This document shows, piece after piece, positions 45,964-56,742 of a stretch of DNA of 64,000 nucleotides. Within the stretch, counting starts at the first letter, position 1; the number at the start of each line of letters is the position of its first letter. The DNA comes from Candidatus Hecatella orcuttiae (GTDB lineage: Archaea; Thermoproteota; Bathyarchaeia; Hecatellales; Hecatellaceae): NCBI GenBank assembly GCA_002011035.2, contig MTLY02000001.1, positions 384,001 to 448,000 on the forward strand, in the 5' to 3' direction. The position numbers and the translations under genes were made by a program. The notes under the pieces were generated by a model, which made no database searches, was not told where the DNA came from, and saw only the letters and a list, made by a program, of their open reading frames with translations.

Positions 45964-48900
45964 CTTTTGCCCTTAACAAGATTTAGAATTTTTTTAAAAA
46001 AATTAGTTGGAATAGATATTAATAGTGTTAAAACACTAAATGATACGAATGACATGTAAAACCCAAATTCGTATAATAGTTGCTTATCAAATTTTAAATA
46101 CATGTCGAAAGTTCCTGTTTTATTGATAAAAAAGATATTGCCAAAAGAATACGCAGGATAACTTTTTATGTAAGTTTCGTTATTTAAATAAATTTTCCAT
46201 GAAGGATTATATCTTTCAGAGAAGAATACATAAAAAGGTTCAGATGCTCTGGCAGAGATCACGTAGTTTGTTGGGTTAATTTTTTGCGCTCTAAAGTCTG
46301 CCGGTTTAGAAGTTTGGGGTCTAAACGATGATTCTATTATTGTAAGTTGATCTAAATATATAATATTTTTTTTATCAGGTTTAAATTGTATTTTAAAATG
46401 GCCTTCATACAAATGTAATTCTCCGATTTTGTACCATTCATATTTGGATGTAGAATTTAATCGAATTGTAAATTTATGGTGGTTGTTGACCTCGACATTC
46501 ACAGTAGATGGAATTTCACTCAAGCATCTCACGTACAGATTATAGAAACCTTGTTTTGGGATATATAGAGAATAGCTGAACGGCATTTCCTTAACAGAAA
46601 AAGCAAACCCTTCGCTTGTGTTTACTCCGTAATCTTCTGAAAGCATTATCCCCGTAACACCCACTCCTCCTTCATCAAGAAACCAACTTCCGGCTTCATA
46701 CTTTGCGATCCTTATCTTTGCCACATCAGAGAGGTTTGCTGGATTATGCCAGAAAACATCGGGTTCTTTCAATGGTAAAATAAGTTCTTTCCAGCCAAAC
46801 CAGTTTTCGATTAGTCGCCATTCCTGAGCTTGGCCTAGCGAGTCTTCAATTCGGATAGTTAACCGTTCACCTGTGTTTTTTCCATACCACCATAATGAAA
46901 GGAAATCGTAACCACTCCAATCTTCAGATGGGGAGTATGTATGATCCATTGCCGCATAAGTATAATTACCACCAGAAGGAACTGTAAACTTAAATGCTTT
47001 ATCTCCCTTTTTTACTATTACTGTTTCAGTTGTTATTGCAGGAGCACCAAGCTTTCCCTCAGATCCGCCGAATGAAATAGTCCAAAACTCCGCATTCTCA
47101 TCATCCCATTTTGCGGTGAAGAGAGATTTCTTTAACTTAATATCATCTTGAACCGACCCCATTTCAGAAAATAAAATTATCTGCTTATTTAGCATTATTT
47201 CAGTAACTAATTTTTTTGCTTCCTCAACGGCTTCTTTCGGAACAACAACTACATTCGTAATAGCATTTTCTCCTTTTTCACTTTCAATTGCAAGTATATG
47301 ATTGCCGTAATTTAAATTGACATCTCCTACGTGCGCCCATCTAAAACCCGCGTCAGCTATTCTTTTTGTTCTAATTTCTTTAATTTTTAAATCATCGATG
47401 TAAAACTTAATTTTTGATGCTTCGGGACCAAAGTAAAGTTTTGAGTAAACTTCATAGACCCCTTTTTGTTCTACATAAAATGGAATACGCAAAGTAGAAG
47501 GGACAAATGTAAAAGCTACATGTTCTAATTGTGCTTGGTAACGCCATTTATACCAAATCCAACCTGTAAAACTCCATCCTTCATCTGGAGAAAATTCTGA
47601 GACATAGTGAATAGGGTAAAAAAGGTATTTTTTTGATGCTGCAGCTAAAATTATATCAAAAAAATGGCCATCTTGAATTATAACTGCAACATTTGGAAGA
47701 TTAGCAAGGGTAATAAGATCATTTTTTGTTAATTGTTGCACGAAAATTAAACCTAAATCATCTAGTTTTAATCCGTCTAAATAACTAAGGCTGATTAAAC
47801 CATCAAGATCCCCTGCGAATAAACCAATACGACTAATAGGAAAGGTATGGCCTTGGAATCTTTTATTAACAAAAATTTGTATAGAATCTATTAAGCTAAG
47901 TTGCGTTAAGTCTTTCTGCTGTTTTATAGTATTGATAATTTTTTTATTAGTAAACTCCATTTCGGGAAATTCTAGCGCCCATCCATGGTCTGTTGCTGTT
48001 GTGCGTTTATTTAGGTCTAGAATAATATATTTAACGGCTGCTAAGTTAAGAAGTTCAGCCAAGTATTCTGTTCGATTTTCATACAATGTTTTAATTAAAA
48101 ACCTTTCAAATGGCGGAGAATTTACCTTCCCGTAATATATAAAATCTCTGCCTATATATCTGGACATCATGTCATAGCCGGGAGTTGGGCTATATTTTGC
48201 GTCATTATATAACGTGGGATAGGGTGCAGGTAATGTAAAAACTCTGAAATCGTCGGGTTCGGTGGAAAGCCAATGTAATAACTGTTCATATTTTTCTCCG
48301 AATTCATATGTTTGCATTCTACCACCAAAGTTGCCAGTAAAAAATGGATAAGCATAAGTAGAAATGCTACTTATGAAAATTAAGAATATGATAAGTAATG
48401 AAATAATCTTAATTTTGCCATCAGGTTTTAAAGTAGCAATTCTATTATGATTTCTTATTAAAACTACACGCTTAATTAATTTATAGAGGTAATGTTTGAA
48501 TGTTTCAGATGATAATCCTAAGAGAACAGCTAGCCCTAAACTTTGTAGAGGATACCACTTTTCGACGCTTCTAAAGATCTGTAAGAATGGAATAGATTCT
48601 AATATTAAGAACCATAAAGATCCAAGTATTCCCTTTGTCGCTGAAACTAAAGTAACACCCAAAACTGTTAAAGTAGCAAAAAAAATAATTCTACAATCCT
48701 TCTTGGAAAATAAAAGAATAGAAAAAGCAAAAATTACTGGAATAAAACTTAAAAGTTGCCATATAGGCGCATCCCTAACTACGAGGGTAAAATAGCCAAG
48801 GTGTGTACCTATAAATCGTAGGACTTCATTAGGCTCATATCCTTCTGAGATAAAAAATCTCATAGGAATATATCCTAACTGAGCTGATATTATTTGCGCT

Positions 48901-49721
48901 CCCTTGCTTTGGAATATATCTACAATAAAGGGAACAGTCCAGTAAGCTTGAATTAAAAACGGAGCAAATAATATGATGAATGTGTTTCTCATGCTCTTTA
49001 AGAAGTAATCTTTATTTCTCTTAGCTAAACCGCTATAGATAAAACAGAATAGTAAGAGCATTATTGATATGACAAAATAATTTGTAATCCGCATACTTGC
49101 AATAGCTGACAGTATGCAAGTTAGTAGAAGACACTTAAATTTATGACTTCCTTCAAGAGAGCATGCGAAAAAAGCGAGGACTAAAGGCAGCAATGCGTAG
49201 GTTAATACCATACCAAGATGACCTACTGCGAATTTGTTGAAAATATCAGGTGTCATCATGTAGAAGACCCCTGCTATAATTGATGAGGAAATCGTGACTT
49301 TCATTTGTCTGCATAGATAAAACATGGAATATCCAGCTAAAACCATCGCAAATATGCTGACAAATTTAGAGATAGCTTCACCATCCATGCCGAGCAGGGA
49401 TAGAGAGTAAAGAAATAGCTTATAGTAAAGCCCTGACGAGAAATGCTCGCTTCCGAAAGAGCCCATTGTACCGCCCCAAACGTAGAGGTCCTCTTCGAAC
49501 AGTTGCTTAAATTGAATCGAGAATGGCGGGATATTCCATTCGCCCTCCATAGTGATAACACCAGGGGAAGTGATTACCTTCCGAAACGTGATGAAAGATA
49601 TGCCTAGAAAAAAGGAGAATACACCTAGATTCTGAACAAACGCCCTCATTAATACTTTCTTTTCTAACATTTCTAGATTCTTTCTTTTCGAATATTCAAT
49701 ACAATAGTCTCTCCGCAACAT
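45960..49721 (-). CDS. large GT-C-fold membrane protein with extracellular carbohydrate-binding-like beta domains (AftD/YfhO-like)
   Basis: N-terminal multi-TM with AGVFYMMTP, GHL..TYAL.P, FRSVEKW, DFRVFTLP, VKYIIL; CBM-like DWSGYD.LSLW..G...GWKE..LP; KINPTNY, ERYNPSW; C-terminal TM. Confidence 0.65.
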   Translation of the reverse strand: MLRRDYCIEYSKRKNLEMLEKKVLMRAFVQNLGVFSFFLGISFITFRKVITSPGVITMEGEWNIPPFSIQFKQLFEEDLYVWGGTMGSFGSEHFSSGLYYKLFLYSLSLLGMDGEAISKFVSIFAMVLAGYSMFYLCRQMKVTISSSIIAGVFYMMTPDIFNKFAVGHLGMVLTYALLPLVLAFFACSLEGSHKFKCLLLTCILSAIASMRITNYFVISIMLLLFCFIYSGLAKRNKDYFLKSMRNTFIILFAPFLIQAYWTVPFIVDIFQSKGAQIISAQLGYIPMRFFISEGYEPNEVLRFIGTHLGYFTLVVRDAPIWQLLSFIPVIFAFSILLFSKKDCRIIFFATLTVLGVTLVSATKGILGSLWFLILESIPFLQIFRSVEKWYPLQSLGLAVLLGLSSETFKHYLYKLIKRVVLIRNHNRIATLKPDGKIKIISLLIIFLIFISSISTYAYPFFTGNFGGRMQTYEFGEKYEQLLHWLSTEPDDFRVFTLPAPYPTLYNDAKYSPTPGYDMMSRYIGRDFIYYGKVNSPPFERFLIKTLYENRTEYLAELLNLAAVKYIILDLNKRTTATDHGWALEFPEMEFTNKKIINTIKQQKDLTQLSLIDSIQIFVNKRFQGHTFPISRIGLFAGDLDGLISLSYLDGLKLDDLGLIFVQQLTKNDLITLANLPNVAVIIQDGHFFDIILAAASKKYLFYPIHYVSEFSPDEGWSFTGWIWYKWRYQAQLEHVAFTFVPSTLRIPFYVEQKGVYEVYSKLYFGPEASKIKFYIDDLKIKEIRTKRIADAGFRWAHVGDVNLNYGNHILAIESEKGENAITNVVVVPKEAVEEAKKLVTEIMLNKQIILFSEMGSVQDDIKLKKSLFTAKWDDENAEFWTISFGGSEGKLGAPAITTETVIVKKGDKAFKFTVPSGGNYTYAAMDHTYSPSEDWSGYDFLSLWWYGKNTGERLTIRIEDSLGQAQEWRLIENWFGWKELILPLKEPDVFWHNPANLSDVAKIRIAKYEAGSWFLDEGGVGVTGIMLSEDYGVNTSEGFAFSVKEMPFSYSLYIPKQGFYNLYVRCLSEIPSTVNVEVNNHHKFTIRLNSTSKYEWYKIGELHLYEGHFKIQFKPDKKNIIYLDQLTIIESSFRPQTSKPADFRAQKINPTNYVISARASEPFYVFFSERYNPSWKIYLNNETYIKSYPAYSFGNIFFINKTGTFDMYLKFDKQLLYEFGFYMSFVSFSVLTLLISIPTNFFKKILNLVKGKR

Positions 49722-49743
49722 GATGTCAAAAACTTGATTTTTC

Positions 49744-50937
49744 TCAACTAAAAACTCCGCCTGCTTCTACACCCAATTTAATTAGGTTTAACTCCCTTTC
49801 CGCTGTAACCTCCCAATCATATTGTTCTGCTATCTTTTTTGCTTTTTCGCCTATTCCAGCTCGCAGTTTCTCGTCTGAAAGAAGATTTAATACCGCTCCC
49901 GAGAAAGCTTTTTTGTTGCCTACTGGAATTTTGATTATTGCATCTCTAAAGACCTTATAAGCCGGCAAATCATAAGCCACCACAGGCAATCCACAGGCCA
50001 TAGCTTCGCATACCGCAATACCCCAACCCTCCTCATAACTCGGGAAAATAAAGATCTTGCATGTCTTAAGAAAAGCATACTTCTCATCCTCAGGCAATAC
50101 CCCAAGCAATTTAATGTTTTTCTTAAGCCCTTCTATTTCAATCTTTTTTCTTAACTGTGAGACATATTTTTCTAACTCAGTTCCGATGATTAGTAATTGT
50201 GCATTAGGATAGCTCCGACATACAATCTTCCAAATATCGATCAAATCAAAAGCCTTAAATGGCGATAATCTTCCGAGAAAACATGCATCATATTTCTTCT
50301 CTTCTTTATTAACTCGACGGATTCTTTTAATATCTATGCCTTGCTGCATAATCCTAATTCTCTCCATCGATACTCCTAACCTTGATACCTGTTTCTTGTC
50401 ACGGGGGTTTATGAAAACAAGATTAGCATTTTTCTTTATTAACATAAGACTGACATTTTGGGAGATCCAGGTAAGAAGACTTGGTAGAAAGGGATGATAT
50501 TTATTTCTTTCCAAAGGTTTGGGTTCTAAGTGGTGAATGTAAACAATTAATTTAGAAAATGGAAATCTTCTAGAAATCATTACGGCAGGTAAAATATTGA
50601 CTAAGAAGTGGGAGAACGTGCATATTATGTGAAAATTTTCACGTAACCCGAATGAGAAAAATGAGAAGAGTGACTTTACCATACGGATAAGATAGAGTAT
50701 GGCAAGCCCGATAATGGTCTTACATAAAATTTTTTCAAAAGGGACTGAGACTATATGGGTTTTCATACTAATGCCATACCACTTAACAATTTCAGCTCCA
50801 GTTTCACTTGTTAATAAAGTACTATCATAATTATAATCTCTGAGCCGCTTGCATACCTCAAGCATGTGCCGGTCTCCACCACTCACAAAGCTAGCAAAAA
50901 GAGGGTAAACAGAAAGATCAATAATTAATATTCTCAA
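49744..50937 (-). CDS. glycosyltransferase family 4
   Basis: SGGD, FLGRL..K, PSYEEGWGIAVCEAMACG. Confidence 0.88.
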   Translation of the reverse strand: MRILIIDLSVYPLFASFVSGGDRHMLEVCKRLRDYNYDSTLLTSETGAEIVKWYGISMKTHIVSVPFEKILCKTIIGLAILYLIRMVKSLFSFFSFGLRENFHIICTFSHFLVNILPAVMISRRFPFSKLIVYIHHLEPKPLERNKYHPFLPSLLTWISQNVSLMLIKKNANLVFINPRDKKQVSRLGVSMERIRIMQQGIDIKRIRRVNKEEKKYDACFLGRLSPFKAFDLIDIWKIVCRSYPNAQLLIIGTELEKYVSQLRKKIEIEGLKKNIKLLGVLPEDEKYAFLKTCKIFIFPSYEEGWGIAVCEAMACGLPVVAYDLPAYKVFRDAIIKIPVGNKKAFSGAVLNLLSDEKLRAGIGEKAKKIAEQYDWEVTAERELNLIKLGVEAGGVFS

Positions 50938-50967
50938 GTTACTATTTCACTTTCTTCAAATTATAAA

Positions 50968-51084
50968 TCAGGGTGATTTAAAAATTCCCTTTCTATAATG
51001 TTTTCGGTTGAAATCATATATGATCCCACCCCTGAATACGCTAAAACCATAGCCGAAATCAAATTTTGAATCAGAGTATAAAAA
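50968..51084 (-). pseudogene. possible methyltransferase gene scar
   Basis: startless 38-codon frame FLYSDSKFDFGYGFSVF-RGGIIYDFN resembles two normally separated class I MTase motifs fused together. Confidence 0.3.
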
Positions 51085-51113
51085 TTAATCATTTATATTT
51101 TGCAACAAATAAA

Positions 51114-51971
51114 TTACTTTCTCCCGATGACAATAACACAGCTACTTAATCCAAGCTTTTTCAGCGGATTGTCTAAAAAAGCTATTACTCTGAGAAAACG
51201 TAGAAAAACTTTCTGATATATTTGGGTCCAAGGCTTTCTTATTAATAGCTGACTAAATTTTGGAAGTATTATAAGGTCAAAAATAGCACTTATAAAAACA
51301 AAAATATATGCTTCTCCTTCAATCTGCAAACCATTTTTTACAAAATAACTTTTAATCTCATAGATACTATAATACCGATTTTTTGAATGACCCATAGCTC
51401 TAAAATACCCTGGTAATAACATTTCATAAATCTTACGAAAGGGATACCTCCTATTAACAGTATAAAGGAAAATCTTACCCCCGTTTTTTAGAATCCTTGA
51501 TGCCTCAGATAAACTAGCTTCAGGATTATCTACGTGTTCCAAGACCATTGAATGAATGACTGCATCAAAACATTCACTATTAAACGGTAAATGGTTTACA
51601 TCCGCAACAACAATATGAAATGAGCCGGAAAAATTCGATCTGGATGCATTTTTTTTAGCGCGTTTTAAACCTCTCACTGATAGATCTACACCAACAGAAA
51701 AGCAAGATATATTAAACGCGTAGATGCAAGTGAGAGGTTGATCACCGCAGCCTATATCCAAAACTGAAGAGGAATTCCTTAATTCAAGTCTATTAAACAT
51801 TTTTGCTATTTCAAAGTCACTAATATTAAAACGATCTTTGTAAAATCTTGACCAGTAACTTTCCCACGCCCACTTTATATACTTCCTATCAAAGAAGGCT
51901 TTTTGAGATTTCTTAATGTCAGAAATATTTTTATGTCTCGTGTACTTATCCACCTTTGTAGCTTTCTTCAA
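51114..51971 (-). CDS. class I SAM-dependent methyltransferase
   Basis: VLDIGCG, GVDLS, AD..HLPF..FD, VLEHV, RILK.GG. Confidence 0.85.
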   Translation of the reverse strand: MKKATKVDKYTRHKNISDIKKSQKAFFDRKYIKWAWESYWSRFYKDRFNISDFEIAKMFNRLELRNSSSVLDIGCGDQPLTCIYAFNISCFSVGVDLSVRGLKRAKKNASRSNFSGSFHIVVADVNHLPFNSECFDAVIHSMVLEHVDNPEASLSEASRILKNGGKIFLYTVNRRYPFRKIYEMLLPGYFRAMGHSKNRYYSIYEIKSYFVKNGLQIEGEAYIFVFISAIFDLIILPKFSQLLIRKPWTQIYQKVFLRFLRVIAFLDNPLKKLGLSSCVIVIGRK

Positions 51972-53103
51972 TTATTTTTGCATTACGTTCACTAAATAAC
52001 ATCTCTGCAAATTTCCTACAGTTTTTACTCATTTGTAATAATTCATTCCGATTTTTAAAGAAATATATAATTTGACTTTTAATTTTATCAACATCCGGCT
52101 CAACAAGCACACTAACAGATGGCTCTAAGATTTCAGAAATTCCGCTTCTGTTAGTAGCTATGACAGGTGTACCACAAGAGAGAGCTTCAGGGAGAACCCT
52201 ACCAAAAGGTTCATCATATATCGAGGGAACAACTACAAGATCTGCGGCGTTATAACAGATAGCTAAATGTTTTTCGCCGACATTCCCTAAATAAATTACA
52301 TTTTTATAAAAATTGGATCTTAACATATCTTTTACCAGAGGGCCTTCACCGATAAAGACAAAGTATACGTTTTTTTCGCAACTAAACTCCTTGGCAATAT
52401 CAATTAATAATCTAACACCTTTTATCTCCACAAGACGCCCAACAAAAAGTACAATAAATTTATCATTCCAACCGAGCTTTCTTTTACACCAGATTTTATC
52501 TAATGGTTTAAATACTTCTTGGTTAACCCAGTGTGTGAAAACTTTAATTTTTTTATTATCTAATCCTATATAAGTTAATTCTTTTTTCGACCTATTAGAT
52601 AAAGTTAATATAGTATTAAAAGAGTTTAAAATTGTTTTTAACATTTTAATAAGTATAGGTTTTTTATCTACATTATAAATAGTGTGAAGACTAATAATAG
52701 TTCTTTTTTTAAAAAACTTAACAAGTATCTTAACAATGAAAGCACTAATAATGCCATGCGCATGAATAACATCAATTTTTTTATGATATTTAAGCATAAA
52801 AAATAAGGAGTAAATCAGTAACATCGGTGCAAAATAAAGAAACTTAAGCTGAGGATAAGATTCCAGTTTATAAAATAAGTGACCAAACAAATAAACTCTA
52901 TGGATTTCTAAATTACTTTTTCTTTCGATTCTTTCACCTAATACTTTTGTTATTGTAGGTTGAGGAGCAATTACATAAACTCGATAATTACGCTTTATTA
53001 AATAATTACAAAGATCATCTAGATGAGTTTCCAATCCTCCAATATTCGGCCTAAAACCAGTAGTAATAAATAAAATAGTTTTTAAAAAGGTATTAGAGGA
53101 CAA
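51946..53103 (-). CDS. glycosyltransferase family 4
   Basis: GGLETH, HAH, FVGRL..KG, EPFGRV..EALSCG. Confidence 0.88.
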   Translation of the reverse strand: MSSNTFLKTILFITTGFRPNIGGLETHLDDLCNYLIKRNYRVYVIAPQPTITKVLGERIERKSNLEIHRVYLFGHLFYKLESYPQLKFLYFAPMLLIYSLFFMLKYHKKIDVIHAHGIISAFIVKILVKFFKKRTIISLHTIYNVDKKPILIKMLKTILNSFNTILTLSNRSKKELTYIGLDNKKIKVFTHWVNQEVFKPLDKIWCKRKLGWNDKFIVLFVGRLVEIKGVRLLIDIAKEFSCEKNVYFVFIGEGPLVKDMLRSNFYKNVIYLGNVGEKHLAICYNAADLVVVPSIYDEPFGRVLPEALSCGTPVIATNRSGISEILEPSVSVLVEPDVDKIKSQIIYFFKNRNELLQMSKNCRKFAEMLFSERNAKIIEESYKGG

Positions 53104-53155
53104 CTTTTTTCTTTCTCTCCTGTGTAGATGAAGTTTCCCCTTTAAAAAGACCTAT

Positions 53156-54697
53156 TTATTTCGATTTTCCGCCTTCTAAACGAGTTTTCGAAAAATAATC
53201 AACTTCACCTGTGACTAAAGCATTTAATACTATTTTTAAGCCGTTTAATCCAATTTTTAACATATACCTTAAATCTTCAACAGACCCCAGTTTATTTGAT
53301 AATTTAACTAGGTTATTAGGTTTGAAATAATTAAGTATACGATATTTTAAAAATTCGATATGTGCCTTGTTGGCTAATTTTATCAATTCTTCACTCTTAA
53401 AGTATCTAGTATTATGTGAAGTCTTGGTCACAGAATCGTATAAACTCTCATTTTTTATCAAACCATTTTTCTTAAAAATACCATATAAATCTGTGCCGGG
53501 ATACGGGGTCGCTATATAAAATGTTGCAAAGTCAAGCCCTGATTTTTTTGCGAATTCTATTGTTTGATTTATTGAGTCTAAAGTTTCGTTAGGAAATCCT
53601 ATTACAAATGTTGAATGAGTCCATAACCCTATATCATTACAGAATTTTATCACTTTACGCGCGTAATTCAGATTTACTGGCTTTCTAACGAAATTTAATG
53701 TTTCTTTACAGCCTGATTCAATACCAAATGTTGCTCTATAATATCCACTTTTTTTCATCATTGTTAATACTTCTTTATCTAATGTCCAAAAAGCAATCCC
53801 GTTTGGTGTTGACCATTTTATATCAATGTGACGCGTAATAATTTCATTACAAATTCTCATAACTCTTTTCTTATCTAAAGTAAAATTATCATCTAGAATT
53901 GCTAACTCCCTAATTCTATATTTTTCTACTAAAAATTCTATTTCATCAGCAACATTTTTTGGGCTCCTTGCTCTCCATTTACGTCCCCATACAGAATGGA
54001 TTGAACAAAATACACAATTAAAAGGACAACCTCTACTAGTGATTATTGAAGTGCGAGGAGAACGAACTGCATACATATGGGCACGTGGATCGTTGAGATA
54101 AATATGCATAGGTAATAAATGTCTAGCCGGAAACGGTAAAATATCTAAATGCTGAATAAACTCTCTTGGGGGGGTTTTTATAATTTTTCCATTTTTTTTA
54201 AAAACTATCCCTTTTACTTCTGAGATATCTTTTTCCATCAGTACGTTATCAACTATGTTTAGAAAGGTCATTTCTCCCTCTCCTATGACAACAATATCTA
54301 TGCTTTCATCTTTTAGTATAATTTCAGGTATCGCTGAGGCATGCGCTCCGCCAAAAATTATGTGGGCTTTTGGATAAAGCTCCTTAATTATTTTTGCAAC
54401 TTTATGTGCTTCCATGGCAGATGACGTATAAGGACAGCTAATTCCAACTATATCCGGGTTAAGTGATTTAACCCGCTCTTTAAGACTCTCTATATTTAAC
54501 CCAACTCTGATTAAACCATTTTTTAAAACTTTAATAATGTTTGATCCCTCAGCTAACGAATCTATCAGATGTACATTAACTTCTTTTTCTTCAAGAACTG
54601 CAGCAATATAGGCTAATCCAAGAGGGGGAAATAATTCGGGGAGGTCTGTGGGTGCACATATTGTTGGAGGGAAAATTAATAAAATTGTTAAAGAAAT
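53156..54697 (-). CDS. B12-binding radical SAM protein (class B methylase-like); probable ATT start
   Basis: SRGCPFNCVFC, GGAHAS, GEGE, GIESG; frame open 94 codons upstream of ATG 54415, encoding ILLIFPP...PPLGLAYIAA...PDIVGIS. Confidence 0.88.
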   Translation of the reverse strand: MSLTILLIFPPTICAPTDLPELFPPLGLAYIAAVLEEKEVNVHLIDSLAEGSNIIKVLKNGLIRVGLNIESLKERVKSLNPDIVGISCPYTSSAMEAHKVAKIIKELYPKAHIIFGGAHASAIPEIILKDESIDIVVIGEGEMTFLNIVDNVLMEKDISEVKGIVFKKNGKIIKTPPREFIQHLDILPFPARHLLPMHIYLNDPRAHMYAVRSPRTSIITSRGCPFNCVFCSIHSVWGRKWRARSPKNVADEIEFLVEKYRIRELAILDDNFTLDKKRVMRICNEIITRHIDIKWSTPNGIAFWTLDKEVLTMMKKSGYYRATFGIESGCKETLNFVRKPVNLNYARKVIKFCNDIGLWTHSTFVIGFPNETLDSINQTIEFAKKSGLDFATFYIATPYPGTDLYGIFKKNGLIKNESLYDSVTKTSHNTRYFKSEELIKLANKAHIEFLKYRILNYFKPNNLVKLSNKLGSVEDLRYMLKIGLNGLKIVLNALVTGEVDYFSKTRLEGGKSK

Positions 54698-54712
54698 TTT
54701 TTACAACCTTTT

Positions 54713-55537
54713 TTATATTTTCAATGATGAAATCTTTGAGTAAACTAGGCCAGCAGTCCCAGCGATGTATTCAACAAACTTTATGAAGAGCATGCCGCAG
54801 GCATATAAAGGTTGATTAGCAAGTATTCTCCATTTCCTTATAAAATTTAACCTTATAGGCATTAGTTGAACCATAGCCCTTTTGGGTTGCTTTTTGGCAT
54901 AATAAATATAGGTTTTGCCGTACCGATAACTCCTAATTACTAGCTCCCTTAACTTTACATGTCCTTCAAGATGTTTCATAATTGCCTTAACGGAGATTAT
55001 TTTGTATTTTGCATCTTCTACACGCGCATGCAACTCTTTATCTTCACCAGCTTCGAGCATCTCATCATATCCACCTAACTTCTCGAAAACACTCTTTCTA
55101 TAAAATCTAGCGCTTTCAACTAGAGGATCGCCTATATATGTGAGGCGTTCCAAAGCCCTACACTTTGCCCAAAAACCTTCACCAACTCTTACTTCCGGGA
55201 TCATCACAGCATCAACACAATCATTCACCACCTTTTGAACACATTCTTCGATAACTTTTGGGGTTAATTTCTGATCTGCATCTAAAAAAATCAGAAACTC
55301 TCCTTTTGCCTTCCATGCCCCATAATTTCTTGCCTGGGACCTTAAAGCCTTTACTTGAAAAACTGTTGGACCGTATTTCTCTGCAATTTTTACAGTGTCA
55401 TCTGTGCTATAGTTGTCTACTACTATAATCTCTAGGTTGGGATAGGTTTGCCGTTTAACCGATCCTAAACAGACATCCAAAGTTTTAGAGGAGTTATGCG
55501 TCGGAACGACCACCGACACCAAAGGCGCCTCTTTCAC
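54713..55537 (-). CDS. glycosyltransferase family 2
   Basis: VSVVVPT.N, IIVVDN.S.D, ARNYG, FLDAD, GGYDE...GED. Confidence 0.9.
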   Translation of the reverse strand: MKEAPLVSVVVPTHNSSKTLDVCLGSVKRQTYPNLEIIVVDNYSTDDTVKIAEKYGPTVFQVKALRSQARNYGAWKAKGEFLIFLDADQKLTPKVIEECVQKVVNDCVDAVMIPEVRVGEGFWAKCRALERLTYIGDPLVESARFYRKSVFEKLGGYDEMLEAGEDKELHARVEDAKYKIISVKAIMKHLEGHVKLRELVIRSYRYGKTYIYYAKKQPKRAMVQLMPIRLNFIRKWRILANQPLYACGMLFIKFVEYIAGTAGLVYSKISSLKI

Positions 55538-55604
55538 AATCTATCCCTTGGGCTGAGCCGCCTTTTCCGCCTCAATAACCACGTTAAACCTAACGTTAAT
55601 GTAG

Positions 55605-55886
55605 CTACTTTCCTGACAGGTTAGGCTTGCTTAACAACTCATCCACGTCTAATATTTCAACCGCAGTTATTTTTCCCGAATTTTTATCCCTGAAAAGATG
55701 TATTTGCGGATGGACGGGTTCTCCCATCTCGGCTTGGATTGGCTTTTCAAACCTTATGCATAGAAGGCTTAACTTCGGCTCTAAACTTACCTCAATGACT
55801 TCGGAGGGGAAATCGATTTTAACCATATCCCCAACTCTATCAACCAGCTTTTTCAGATCTAACTTTAGCAGAGAGGCCGTAGCCAC
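55605..55886 (-). CDS. DUF2283-like small protein (putative antitoxin)
   Basis: L.IRF...D..SGKITAVEILD C-terminal motif. Confidence 0.5.
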   Translation of the reverse strand: MATASLLKLDLKKLVDRVGDMVKIDFPSEVIEVSLEPKLSLLCIRFEKPIQAEMGEPVHPQIHLFRDKNSGKITAVEILDVDELLSKPNLSGK

Positions 55887-55944
55887 CTCACCCTTTTCAT
55901 CCTAGCGTAGGCTTTAACTTTATAGCCGACTAACGGTCTTCACC

Positions 55945-56742
55945 TTACCGCCTCTCAGCTATGATGCCTATGTTGCTCTTATACCGTCTGGGCAGAAACC
56001 TGTCCAGACACGTAAAAAGGAGGAGAAACGGAAAAATCGACTTATAGATTCCTAAAGCACCCCTCACAAACAACGATTTCTCATCAAACAACCTATTCAG
56101 GTTAGAGGGGGTATATCCGAAAATGCTCCCAAGCTTGATTATGCAACATTCAACTAACGCCGTCAGAGGCCCGCAACCATACTTATTCCTAAGCGTTTTA
56201 AACCCCGAATCTTCGATAAGCTTCGAGATTTCTGCGATAGAGTAACCCCTTCTGAAGTGTCCGACACTGTTATCGACCATGTCTCGCTGCCAATTCACAA
56301 AAACGTTATCGCACAATATATTCGGCACAGATAATATCAGCCTCCCTGAAGGTTTCATCACCCTCGCCAACTCCGCCAAAACTGCTTTATCCTTTGAAAC
56401 ATGCTCCAACACCTCGCTACAAATAACGTGGTCAAACACCGAGCCCCGGAAAGGAAGCTTCGTAGCGTCGCCGACGACAAACATGTTTTCAGGGTAAAAC
56501 CTATGGGCCAGTTTAATCGATAGAGCGTCAACATCTAACCCCACATACTGTTCCTCATCAAGCCTATATGCATAGGACCCCCTACCACAACCACAATCTA
56601 AAACAAGCGGCCGCGCATTTCCAACCTCAGAGTTGTAAAGACCCCAAACAGTACGCATGATACTGTATTTTCCTATCAGGTAAAAGTCTACAGGTTTAGT
56701 CTTTGACCTTTTAGGTTCTCGCCGAAGCAAAGTCTTTAACAT
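55945..56742 (-). CDS. class I SAM-dependent methyltransferase (type 11)
   Basis: VLDCGCGRG, GDAT.LPF..FD, SEVLEHV, GHFRRGY. Confidence 0.85.
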   Translation of the reverse strand: MLKTLLRREPKRSKTKPVDFYLIGKYSIMRTVWGLYNSEVGNARPLVLDCGCGRGSYAYRLDEEQYVGLDVDALSIKLAHRFYPENMFVVGDATKLPFRGSVFDHVICSEVLEHVSKDKAVLAELARVMKPSGRLILSVPNILCDNVFVNWQRDMVDNSVGHFRRGYSIAEISKLIEDSGFKTLRNKYGCGPLTALVECCIIKLGSIFGYTPSNLNRLFDEKSLFVRGALGIYKSIFPFLLLFTCLDRFLPRRYKSNIGIIAERR

